Below are positions 30,995-39,451 of a stretch of 64,000 nucleotides of DNA, piece by piece. The notes under the pieces are model-generated. The model was not told the DNA's origin. It did no database searches and was given only the letters and a program-made list of their open reading frames with translations. Both the position numbers and the translations under genes were made by a program. The DNA lies in contig CAVRAL010000001.1 in the NCBI GenBank assembly GCA_963719085.1, positions 992,001 to 1,056,000 on the forward strand, in the 5' to 3' direction. Source of the stretch: a candidate division FCPU426 bacterium. GTDB lineage: Bacteria > Oederibacteriota > Muellerivitia > Muellerivitales > Muellerivitaceae. Position 1 is the stretch's first letter; each line of letters starts with the position of its first letter.

Positions 30995-32369
30995 GGCTCA
31001 CCGCGTTCAATCCAAAGACATCCGGCTTGACGACGGCCTTTTCCGAATGGGGTGTTCCAACCGGAACCCATTCATAGGGCACCGGGATGGCCCGGTAAAC
31101 GTCATTGCTAATGATCGCGCTGCCGGTGGCGGAAAGCCTATTGACGTAGGGACTCACATATTCCCAAACAATCTCGCCCGTCGGCGTCACCTGGAAAAAC
31201 CGTCCATTCATACCTTCATCAATGAAGGTATTTCCATTGGGAAGACGCCTGGCATCGCTGATGAAATGGCTGCGGAAAGTCCAGGCCGGACGGCCCGAAT
31301 TTTCGGCCGTATATTGCCAAACGATTTCTTTTTTCACCGGGTCGATTTCCAGCACCCGGGAACCCGGGCCCGTCGCGACGGGCGGGTAACCGGCGCTTCC
31401 CTGGTTATCGAACACCAGCAAATCGCCCGCGCCTTGCAGTCCCTCCGGAATAATCTGGGCGTCATGCTGGCCCGAGATTTGGTCCACGGGCCGGGGCAAT
31501 TCGTCCTTCGGACTTACGGACAAACCCGCGGCTATTTTCAAGCGGGGATAATCTGGGCCTAATCCCCAAACCACCTTCCCGGATGGCTTGTCGATAATGA
31601 CGATGAAATTGGCGTTACGTGAATCCACGATGATGTTGTCAGGATTGAAACGTTGGTCTCCCGCCTCAAACCAATGGTTTTTTCCAACGACCTTCATGTC
31701 GTTGATGTGCAGGTAATCCACGTTCTTGCCGCGCGCGACGACCCCGCGCAGGTAGGCCAAGTCCGATGGGCTGAAACCAAACTCACTTAAATGATCTCCC
31801 GCCACCCAGGTCCAGGCGATCTTGCCGCCCGGCGTCACTTCGTAAATGACATCGTCCAAGACGTCCTGATCGGACAAAGCCTTAACCTTGTGGGTGAGGT
31901 GGGACAAAACCAGGGTGTCGCCATTGGGCAGACGGCCCCAGTCATGGTGCTGTTTGGCGGCCCCGCCGGGCGCCTCCGTTCCCCATTGCCAAACGGTTTT
32001 GCCGTCCCAGTCCAGCTCCCCAAGCACCTTGTTGTTGAAAAAACCCGTTTCAATCCCCGGGTCATTCTCGAGTTGGACGATCACATGGCCCGGTTGTCCG
32101 CCTGTTAAAGCGGGATCAAGCAACCCGGCCGGAAAAGCCACATGAGCCCAGGAATGGACCTCATGGCCGTCCAAATCGATTAAATGGGTCTTTCCATCCA
32201 ACGCCGAAAAAATCACATAGCTGTTATAGGCTTTGGCCGGATCGTAAATCGTCGTTCCCGTCTCAAAAACCGAAGGCGAGGCCAATCCCATACCAATCCC
32301 GGCCGCCCATAACAACGCCGGCATGGCCGAAATCTTCAATCTTTTTGAAAAAATTTTTTTCCAATCCAT
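30987..32369 (-). CDS. Arylsulfate sulfotransferase (ASST) family protein, paralog 1
   Basis: AAGGA RBS before ATG 32369; QHHDWGRLPNG, YLHIND, DSRNAN and GQHDAQ motifs. Confidence 0.9.
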   Translation of the reverse strand: MDWKKIFSKRLKISAMPALLWAAGIGMGLASPSVFETGTTIYDPAKAYNSYVIFSALDGKTHLIDLDGHEVHSWAHVAFPAGLLDPALTGGQPGHVIVQLENDPGIETGFFNNKVLGELDWDGKTVWQWGTEAPGGAAKQHHDWGRLPNGDTLVLSHLTHKVKALSDQDVLDDVIYEVTPGGKIAWTWVAGDHLSEFGFSPSDLAYLRGVVARGKNVDYLHINDMKVVGKNHWFEAGDQRFNPDNIIVDSRNANFIVIIDKPSGKVVWGLGPDYPRLKIAAGLSVSPKDELPRPVDQISGQHDAQIIPEGLQGAGDLLVFDNQGSAGYPPVATGPGSRVLEIDPVKKEIVWQYTAENSGRPAWTFRSHFISDARRLPNGNTFIDEGMNGRFFQVTPTGEIVWEYVSPYVNRLSATGSAIISNDVYRAIPVPYEWVPVGTPHSEKAVVKPDVFGLNAVSHE

Positions 32370-32482
32370 CGTCTTGTCCTTTTTAAGGAGAAGTATTTCC
32401 AGTGGACTGGTCAATTTTTCTCTTAGATTTCCAGGGAACCTTCGTCCCCCTTTATCGCCGTTGTCGGCGATCCGCTTCATTT

Positions 32483-32659
32483 TCAGCCGTTCTCGTCCTT
32501 CACCAACCGGATCCGCTCAATCTTGTCGATCTGCGTGATCCGGGAATTATGGACGGTGATTTGCACCGTCCCATAACGCATCCCCTTGATCGCCGCCAAT
32601 ATTTTTTGGACCAGTTGAACTTGTTCTTCTTCCGTCAAAAGCTCGTTCTTCGCCGACAT
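32483..32659 (-). CDS. YezD/DUF2292 (OscA-like) small sulfur-starvation protein, 58 aa, absent from the ORF track
   Basis: Translated by hand: MSAKNELLTEEEQVQLVQKILAAIKGMRYGTVQITVHNSRITQIDKIERIRLVKDENG; matches the RYGxVxIxVHxxxxxQIxxxExxR pattern; GGGGGA RBS. Confidence 0.85.
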   Translation of the reverse strand: MSAKNELLTEEEQVQLVQKILAAIKGMRYGTVQITVHNSRITQIDKIERIRLVKDENG

Positions 32660-32692
32660 AAAATCCCCCCCTTTCCACCGATAAACCTCAAC

Positions 32693-35068
32693 TTACAGAA
32701 TGTAAAAGCCCGCGCCCAGGTTGAATGTGGTGCCCACGTTCTCGTACACCGAGTAGTATTTCAGGTTGAAGATGTTATCCACCCCGGCCGAAATATTGCC
32801 GCCGTTAAACTTGTATTCAGCCTTGAAATTAAAGGTCGTGAAGGGATCAAAGCTCCCCTGCACGCCGTTGACCGTATCAGAGTTGTTCGAGGTGGTGTAA
32901 CGCTTGGACTGATAGGTTCCTGAGAGGGAAACCAACCAATCTTGCGGCGTGAAATCCACCCCAAAGTTCACCTCATCCGCCGGGATATTCGGCACCTGGT
33001 GCCCGACCGAAGTCGGCTGGGCCGCGTTAACCGTGATCTTGTCATCCAAATGGGTGTAGTTCCCGAAGACATCAAAATCCGCATTCACCTTTTGTTTTAA
33101 TTCCGTCTCAATGCCGTTGATTTGCGCTTGGCCCGCGTTGAAGTACTGCGTGATGGTGGTCACGCCCGCAGTCGAGGTGTCGGCGTAAATCAAATTGGTG
33201 AGCGCGTTGTTGAAATAAGTGGCCGAAACGGTTGTTTGGGTCGGCAGCTCATATTCCCCGCCGATTTCCCACGCCGTATCCAGTTCCGGCTTGAGGTTGG
33301 GATTGGGAATAGTCTCGGTGTTGGTGCCTGACGAGAAGAGGTAAAGCTCGCCCGAGGTCGCGGGGTTAAAAGCCTGCCCCCAAGAAGCGCGCAAGCTGCC
33401 GTTTTGGTCCACTTTGTAAACCAAGCTGACCTTCGGGGTCACTTGGTCAAAGCTGACCGTGGGATAGGTCACTTCCGTCGACAGTAGTGTATTGTAAATT
33501 TTTCCGTCGGCGGAAATCCAATGGTCCCAACGGGCCCCCAAAAAGGCTGTCAAGGAGGGGAAAATTTTCCATTGGTCCTGCGCGAAAAGCGAGTCCGTGG
33601 TCTCGTTGTCCCCGTTGCCTTGGCTGGTATTCTCAACGAAATCGTTGATATCCGTCCAATTGGCGAAGGTGACGTTGTAGCTGGTGAAGGCCGCGTAGTC
33701 CCAATTGAACCCCACGATCACTTCATGGTTATCCAGCTTTTGATCGGCCTGGATGTTCGCGAATCCTTCCCAATCGGCCTCCATGTCCGTTCCCGTGCCG
33801 GTTCCGGAGAAAGGAGTCGTGGCCGCCGGAAGGGCCGACTCGGCGATATGCAAAGGTCCGGCCGTCCAAGCGAAACTGCCCGTCAGGTTTAAATCCGCGT
33901 TCTCTTTGCCCTTGTATTGCAGGTAGGACCCGAAGAAACCGTTCTTCCCCGGCGCCGTCAAGAACTGCGATTGATTAACGCTGATGTTTTGTCCCGTTCC
34001 CGCCAGGGACACCGAACCGTTCAACACCGTGGCCGGGGCGCCGGTCGTGGCGTCCTTCAGGTAAGAGGTCCCGATTTGTCCCGTCGGGTTGGTGTTCGGC
34101 TGGTCCCAATAGGAATAATTGAGAAGCAGCGTGAAGATCTGGTCCTTATCGGGCGTGAAGTACAACTTACCCGTATAGTTGTTATTCTCCTGAACCGTCC
34201 GGGCGATCTCCCCGATGTTATAAAGAACGGTGGTTCCGCTGTTGTTCGTCGTTTGATTAAAGCCAGTCACCACTTCGGTGGGGGTCAACCCGGTTTTAGC
34301 CGCGGCTTGGACGAACTGATGGTCCGTGTATCCATCGATTCCGGTATTTTGAAAGCCGAAATAATAGGCGAACAAATCGTTGGGCTTATTCTCGTAGCTG
34401 ATATTGGTGGTGCGCACATTGGCGCTGTTCCAATCCTCGCTGAAATTGAAGCTCTCACCCTCGGGTTCCTTGGTGATTACGTTAATGACCCCGCCCACCG
34501 CGTTTTTACCCCACAAGGCGGAAAAAGGCCCCCGGACCACTTCCACGTGGTCCACCAATTGGGAGGGAATCCGGTTCCAGAAAACCCTTTCGTTGCCCAA
34601 CTGATTCAGCTCAAAACCATCCAGCAAAGCGAGGTTCTTTTCATATCCGGGAATCCCCCGCAAAGAAACCGTGACACCCTGGCTGCCCTCACCACCCGAG
34701 CGGTCAACCTCGACCCCCGGTAAGCCGGTCAAGGCATCGTCAAAAAATCCGATATCCTTTTTGGCCAGATCGTCTTTGGTGATGACTGAAATAGCCGCCG
34801 GCGAGTCCAGAATTTTTAATTTACTTTTGGTCCCGGTGATCACAACGGCGTTCAAGTCGTAATTCGGAGCCGTGGTCCCGGAAGCCGGGGCCAAATTGGC
34901 GGCCACCGGAGTTTGCGCCGTGGCGGTCGTGACGTCCGCGTCAGGAGCCGCCGCGGCGTCACCTGCCCCCGTATCCGGATCCGGAGTAGGGGTTGATTCC
35001 GCCCCCACCCAGGACGAAAGTCCTAAAAATAAACCCGCGGTCAAAACGAATGAAAATAACTTAGACAT
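32693..35068 (-). CDS. TonB-dependent outer-membrane receptor
   Basis: Signal peptide (ATG 35068, GAGG RBS); TonB box AVVITGTK; plug motifs VSLRG and VEVVRGPFSALWGKNAVGGVINVITK; LKPE; aromatic C-terminal strand. Confidence 0.93.
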   Translation of the reverse strand: MSKLFSFVLTAGLFLGLSSWVGAESTPTPDPDTGAGDAAAAPDADVTTATAQTPVAANLAPASGTTAPNYDLNAVVITGTKSKLKILDSPAAISVITKDDLAKKDIGFFDDALTGLPGVEVDRSGGEGSQGVTVSLRGIPGYEKNLALLDGFELNQLGNERVFWNRIPSQLVDHVEVVRGPFSALWGKNAVGGVINVITKEPEGESFNFSEDWNSANVRTTNISYENKPNDLFAYYFGFQNTGIDGYTDHQFVQAAAKTGLTPTEVVTGFNQTTNNSGTTVLYNIGEIARTVQENNNYTGKLYFTPDKDQIFTLLLNYSYWDQPNTNPTGQIGTSYLKDATTGAPATVLNGSVSLAGTGQNISVNQSQFLTAPGKNGFFGSYLQYKGKENADLNLTGSFAWTAGPLHIAESALPAATTPFSGTGTGTDMEADWEGFANIQADQKLDNHEVIVGFNWDYAAFTSYNVTFANWTDINDFVENTSQGNGDNETTDSLFAQDQWKIFPSLTAFLGARWDHWISADGKIYNTLLSTEVTYPTVSFDQVTPKVSLVYKVDQNGSLRASWGQAFNPATSGELYLFSSGTNTETIPNPNLKPELDTAWEIGGEYELPTQTTVSATYFNNALTNLIYADTSTAGVTTITQYFNAGQAQINGIETELKQKVNADFDVFGNYTHLDDKITVNAAQPTSVGHQVPNIPADEVNFGVDFTPQDWLVSLSGTYQSKRYTTSNNSDTVNGVQGSFDPFTTFNFKAEYKFNGGNISAGVDNIFNLKYYSVYENVGTTFNLGAGFYIL

Positions 35069-35215
35069 TGCTAACCTCGCATCAATTTGATGAGCAACGC
35101 CAGTGGACTGGAAGTTACCGAATTTTTTCACTTCGTTACCGAGCGGAAGTCCGCGCCGTTTAAAATAACCACAAAACCAATGCCCCTTCTGCCAACCCGC
35201 CATAAGCTCCTTCGC

Positions 35216-35794
35216 TCAATTCAGCTGGAACAAAATCGGAAGCGTCACTTCACAGGCCACCGGCGCGCCGTTCGCGTCGCAAGCCGGGGTGAAAATGCCG
35301 GCCTTGACCTTTCGGATCGCGAATTCATTCAAAACCTCGTAAGTTCCCTTCAGCAGCCGAACCTCCTGAACCAGCCCCTGGGCGTCAATGTGGAGCAGAA
35401 GCACCACCCGGCCGTCGCTGCCCGACTGGCGGGCCACCGAGGGATAATCGTCCGGATCAATCAAATTCCCCACCCAACGGGGCTTGCGAGAGGTCTGCGA
35501 TTCGGGCACCCAAACCGTCTGCGATTGGACCGGTTCCAGATGTACTTTTTCCGGAACGACTTTCTCGGCGGCCTGGTGCCCTTTTTTCGGCAAGGTCCAT
35601 TTAAAAGGCGGCTGGGTCACAACCGGGTTCATTTCCAGGTCCGTGATGACGACCGAGCGATGCGCGAAAAACAACAGGTACAAGATCAAGAACAAAGCCG
35701 TGTGGACCAAAATGGAAAGGCTAGTTCCCGCCGCCAAGGGCTCTCCCCAGAACTGCGCGAAACCGGCTTTATTTGTCAGAGACAAGTGCGACAT
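35216..35794 (-). CDS. tonB: Energy transducer TonB
   Basis: TM segment SILVH; C-terminal YPSVARQ...GRVVLLLHID..G.V..V and FTPA motifs; follows exbD. Confidence 0.88.
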   Translation of the reverse strand: MSHLSLTNKAGFAQFWGEPLAAGTSLSILVHTALFLILYLLFFAHRSVVITDLEMNPVVTQPPFKWTLPKKGHQAAEKVVPEKVHLEPVQSQTVWVPESQTSRKPRWVGNLIDPDDYPSVARQSGSDGRVVLLLHIDAQGLVQEVRLLKGTYEVLNEFAIRKVKAGIFTPACDANGAPVACEVTLPILFQLN

Positions 35795-36170
35795 GGTCGA
35801 CCCCCGCTTGTTTAATCACATCTAAAGCCGACACCACCTGCTGGTAAGGCAATCTACTGTCCGCCGCCAGCGTGATTCGAACCCCCGGATTTTCCGCCAC
35901 CTCCTGGGCCAGCGCGGTCTTCAGTGCAGCCAAGTCCGTCTTGTCTTTTCTCAAGTAAACTTGGCCCTTGTCGTCGATGGAAACAGAAAGGGTCGGAGCC
36001 GCCGGACTGTCCCCCGTTTCGGTTTTCGGCAAATTGATCTTGAGGCTCGCCTCCGACACGAAAGTTCCCGCCACCATGAAAATAATCAAAAGTACCAGCA
36101 TGATGTCCACCATCGGGGTGACATTGATGCCGGTCACCGTGCCATCTTCTTCGATATAATTTGAGCTCAT
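35769..36170 (-). CDS. exbD: Biopolymer transporter ExbD
   Basis: INVTPMVDIMLVLLIIFMV and AD..LPYQ.VV..LD motifs. Confidence 0.93.
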   Translation of the reverse strand: MSSNYIEEDGTVTGINVTPMVDIMLVLLIIFMVAGTFVSEASLKINLPKTETGDSPAAPTLSVSIDDKGQVYLRKDKTDLAALKTALAQEVAENPGVRITLAADSRLPYQQVVSALDVIKQAGVDHVALVSDK

Positions 36171-36225
36171 GGTCCCCCTCTTTCTTCTTCACTTTTTTAA
36201 CGGCTTAACTCCCGGCTCAACTTCA

Positions 36226-36915
36226 TCAAGAAACGGCCGCCGGATGCCGTCCCTCCACTTTTTGCTGGCTCTTGATGGCGCGGCGCAAAAGTCCCTCACT
36301 CTCATCCCGGAGATAAACCTGAAGCAGATGGATCAGGCTTTGGGTATTCGCGATCTTTTTGCGCAAACTGGTTTGGAAAACGTTGTTGGCCACCACCGCC
36401 GGAATCGCCACGAAAATCCCGAAGGCTGTGGCGATGAGCGCCGAGGAAATGCCCGCCATCACCACCGAAACTCCGGAGTTGCCGCTGACCGCCAGGTCAT
36501 TGAAAGCCTTGATGATTCCCAGCACTGTCCCCAAAAGTCCGACAAAGGGGGCGTTGTTGCCCAGGGTTCCCAAGATGATGAGGTGTTTTTCCAACCGGTT
36601 TCGCTCAAGCACCAGGCGGGAAGTCATGGCCTCTTCCACCGAAGCGTAGCCCTTATGCAGATGGGTCAATCCCGCCAAGGCCACATGGGCTTCCACACCG
36701 GAAGCTTTTTTCACCGTTTCTTTCGCTCCGTTTAAATTCCCCTTTTCGAGGAAATCCGAAAGCTTGTCCAAAAGCTGGGAGAAATCCACCGCGCTGGCCT
36801 TAAATACCCGCCAACGCTCAAAAATCACACCCAAGGAAAGCACGCTGGCGGCCACCAGCGTCCACAAGGCCCAAACATCCCCGGCCAAAGCCAGTTTTTT
36901 GAATAGTTCCGTCAT
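36226..36915 (-). CDS. exbB: MotA/TolQ/ExbB proton channel
   Basis: LGTLGNNAPFVGLLGTVLGII and GISSALIATAFGIFVAIPA motifs; AGGAG RBS before ATG 36915. Confidence 0.92.
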   Translation of the reverse strand: MTELFKKLALAGDVWALWTLVAASVLSLGVIFERWRVFKASAVDFSQLLDKLSDFLEKGNLNGAKETVKKASGVEAHVALAGLTHLHKGYASVEEAMTSRLVLERNRLEKHLIILGTLGNNAPFVGLLGTVLGIIKAFNDLAVSGNSGVSVVMAGISSALIATAFGIFVAIPAVVANNVFQTSLRKKIANTQSLIHLLQVYLRDESEGLLRRAIKSQQKVEGRHPAAVS

Positions 36916-36957
36916 AAGTCCGCTCCTTTTAGGTCTTGCCCGAAAAAACCGGGCTGA

Positions 36958-37103
36958 CAACAAAAAACCCGAACCGCTTTCAAACGGTTCGGGTCATGAA
37001 ATAAATCATTGCCTTCAAACCGCTTTAGTTCCCGATTCGCCCAAGGGTTGAAACCTCAAACCTTGGAGCCGGCTGGGGGCAAGTTGGTACTTAAATCCCG
37101 CCG
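36958..37103 (-). ncRNA. SAM-II-like riboswitch unit plus terminator (third in exbB leader)
   Basis: CGGCGG-GATTT-AAGTACCAAC-TTGC-CCCCA-GCCG-[CCAAGG..CCTTGG hairpin]-GAATCGGGA-ACTAAAGCGG; terminator ACCCGAACCGTTT-G-AAAGCGGTTCGGGT-TTTTTG. Confidence 0.72.
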
Positions 37104-37117
37104 TAAAAATAATCCGT

Positions 37118-37258
37118 AAAAAAAAAATCCCAAAACCACTTCTTGTTGAAGCGGGTTGGGATTCCGGATCGTCCGATAATCTTGTTCCGCTTTAGCGCCC
37201 TGTTTATCCCCTCTCGGGGGATACGGCCGGGGCAAGTAGGTCAACAAAGCCTCGCCGG
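37118..37258 (-). ncRNA. SAM-II-like riboswitch unit plus terminator (second in exbB leader)
   Basis: CCGGC-GAG-GCTTTGTTGACCTAC-TTGC-CCCG-GCCG-TATCCCCC(GAGA)GGGGATA-AACAGGGC-GCTAAAGCGG; terminator AATCCCAACCCGCTTC-AACAA-GAAGTGGTTTTGGGATT plus T-run. Confidence 0.75.
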
Positions 37259-37355
37259 TGTTCCAATCCTCCCAAAATTCATCAGCCGGAGGTTGAAACC
37301 ACACCCGCTTCGATTCGGAGCGGGAAAAAGCTTAAATTTAAGGGTTTTTCGCCAT

Positions 37356-37486
37356 AAACAAAAAACCCGGGCCGCTTTAAAAGCGGTCCGGGTTTAGGGA
37401 TTACTCTCTAACTCGTTCGACACCGCTTTAGCTCACTGTTCGACCCGAAGGTCACGCCGGAGCAAGTTGGAACTTAAAGCCCGCGC
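37356..37486 (-). ncRNA. SAM-II-like riboswitch unit plus terminator (first in exbB leader)
   Basis: GCGCGG-GCTTTAAGTTCCAAC-TTGC-TCCGGCGT-GACC(TTCG)GGTC-GAACAGTGA-GCTAAAGCGG; terminator identical to those at ~24030 and ~27790. Confidence 0.78.
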
Positions 37487-37499
37487 TTGATGCTTTTGA

Positions 37500-37528
37500 A
37501 ATTTATTTCAATCGACGAAAAATGTCAA
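37500..37528 (-). promoter_or_regulatory. Sigma70-type promoter for the exbBD-tonB-receptor-ASST leader
   Basis: TTGACA-17 nt-TAAATT with AT-rich upstream tract. Confidence 0.75.
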
Positions 37529-37554
37529 CACGAAAAATAAATATATTTTTCAAT

Positions 37555-38283
37555 CTAACCGTTGGCCGCGCAAACCGCTTCCGACAAAACCTGAACCCGT
37601 CCCTGACCGCAAGCCGGACAATCCGGGTTTCGCTTCGGAACCATCGTTCGAATCCGCCGTTGCGCCGCGTCCACTTTGAAAAGCCGCAAGGGGCCCTTTC
37701 CTTGCCCCAGACGCCTCGCTTCCCGAGCCACCCAATAGCCGATCGACTGCGAAAAGGCGCCTAAGACGCCCGCTTCCTGGCAAGTCGGCATGGCGAAAGG
37801 CGGGGGAATTTTCGGCAGAAGACATCGCAGGCAAGCCGTTTGGCCCGGCCGAACGCCGAGCACTTGGCCTTCCAGCTTCACCACGCCCGCGTGCACATAG
37901 GGCTTGTCGAGTTTGACGCACCAGTCGTTCAAGAAAAATTTCTTTTCCAACCGATCAAGCCCGTCAACGACCAAGTCATATTGGGGAAGATTTTCTTTCA
38001 AACTTTCGGCCGTCATCATTCCCTCAAGGGGAATAATCTTAGTCTTAGGAAAACGGGAGTTCAGATAATCTCGGGCCGCCGCGACCTTGGGCCGCCCCAC
38101 ATCTTGGGCGGCGTAAAGGATTTGACGATGTAAGTTGGAAAGTTCTACTTTGTCAAAATCCATCAATCCCAAGGTTCCCACCCCGGCTTCGGCCAAGGCC
38201 AAGCCCGAAGGGCATCCCAGCCCTCCCACACCCACGATTAAAATTTTTAAATCGCTGAAATTCCTCAAAGTCACCCGCTCCAC
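37555..38283 (-). CDS. HesA/MoeB/ThiF family adenylyltransferase (E1-like), lacking the N-terminal RxxRQ segment
   Basis: GVGGLG, DFDKVELSNLHRQ, DGLD, CLRC, TCQEAG and CPAC motifs. Confidence 0.9.
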   Translation of the reverse strand: MERVTLRNFSDLKILIVGVGGLGCPSGLALAEAGVGTLGLMDFDKVELSNLHRQILYAAQDVGRPKVAAARDYLNSRFPKTKIIPLEGMMTAESLKENLPQYDLVVDGLDRLEKKFFLNDWCVKLDKPYVHAGVVKLEGQVLGVRPGQTACLRCLLPKIPPPFAMPTCQEAGVLGAFSQSIGYWVAREARRLGQGKGPLRLFKVDAAQRRIRTMVPKRNPDCPACGQGRVQVLSEAVCAANG

Positions 38284-38285
38284 CC

Positions 38286-39410
38286 CTAGTTCGACGACAA
38301 AGGCATTTTACGGATAACCTGGCCATCTTTGGAATAGCGCAGTGAATAAGTTTCGATTGGAAGGCTTCGGCCGGCGCTATCCTTCCCGTCCCATTGCACC
38401 CAAACCTGCTCACTGCCGGTGAGCGTCTTTTTCAACAAGGTTTGGACCAGCTGCCCCGACTCATCCGTGACATCCAACTGATAAATCCCCGGGCCGTCCA
38501 TCAAGCTGACATAAAAGCTTTGGGGTTGCTGAATTCCCGCCGGAACCGGTGTCAGCGTGACCGTGGGCCAAGGAGTGTTCGTCGGAAATATTGTGGGCGC
38601 CATATGTACCTCCATCGTTTCGGGCGCCTCCCAGGAATCCGCCACCCGCGCTTGACGGTCCGGCGCGTCGACCCCATTGCCCGCGGGAATCTCGGGCGTC
38701 GGCGTGGGGGAAACCCACGAGGGCGTCGGAGTGAAGGCCTCTTCTTGCGCGAAGTAAAAAGGCGTCGGGGTCGGCCGATTGGACCTCGTCTCGCAACGGG
38801 GATTGGGCAGTACATCCAAGTGAAACTGGATTCGAAAAAGTTGTTTTTCGCCCTTTTGGCTCACCGCCCCGGAAGAACCGGAAGCCGAAAGAAAGGCCAC
38901 TTGATCCCCATCCGGATCGGGCAGGATGGCGGCGTAAGGCACATGCCCCGCGTCAAAAGCCTTCACCCAGGCATGGTCGTCAAAACCGGGTTGCTGCCAT
39001 CCGTAGGGTTCCAAGTCCCCCGGAAGGTATAACGCCCGATGCTGGTCCACCTCGCTGCTGGTGAAAATTTGATGGCTGCCGTCCGAAAGGACCAACCGAA
39101 GGATATAAGCCACGCCGATGGTGGAATGCCCGGGGCTTTCAACGCGGATGGCCAGGGTATTGTCCCGTTGAAAAAAACAAAGATGATCCGGGAGGGCGAT
39201 CCGGGTCTGGGGCCCGCTTTCCAATCCGGTATAGTTTTGGGTAAAAAGATGATGGCCGTTCAACCAAAAATCCGCGGTCTGATCCGCCGAAACCTGAAAA
39301 GACGCTTCTTGGATATAGCGGTCGGTCATTTGGGCGTGAAGGCTGGAGCCCCAGGCGCCCGCCGCCCAAAAGACGCCGATCATTATTTTATCGCGCAAGT
39401 CCCATTTCAT
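38286..39410 (-). CDS. Secreted hypothetical protein with P/T-rich linker and C-terminal FlgD-Ig-like domain (start uncertain)
   Basis: N-terminal hydrophobic stretch; PTPTP linkers; C-terminal QLVQTL...VQWDGKDSAGRSLP..Y motif. Confidence 0.6.
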   Translation of the reverse strand: MKWDLRDKIMIGVFWAAGAWGSSLHAQMTDRYIQEASFQVSADQTADFWLNGHHLFTQNYTGLESGPQTRIALPDHLCFFQRDNTLAIRVESPGHSTIGVAYILRLVLSDGSHQIFTSSEVDQHRALYLPGDLEPYGWQQPGFDDHAWVKAFDAGHVPYAAILPDPDGDQVAFLSASGSSGAVSQKGEKQLFRIQFHLDVLPNPRCETRSNRPTPTPFYFAQEEAFTPTPSWVSPTPTPEIPAGNGVDAPDRQARVADSWEAPETMEVHMAPTIFPTNTPWPTVTLTPVPAGIQQPQSFYVSLMDGPGIYQLDVTDESGQLVQTLLKKTLTGSEQVWVQWDGKDSAGRSLPIETYSLRYSKDGQVIRKMPLSSN

Positions 39411-39451
39411 GGGCCATAGTATAATCAGAAAAAGGCGGGCGATTAAAACCG

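Noticed and set aside
23522..37486. Repeated intergenic units interpreted as a CRISPR array or IS ends
   Set aside because: Units diverge with structural covariation, lack regular repeat-spacer periodicity, have no cas or transposase genes nearby, and each sits between a promoter and an operon
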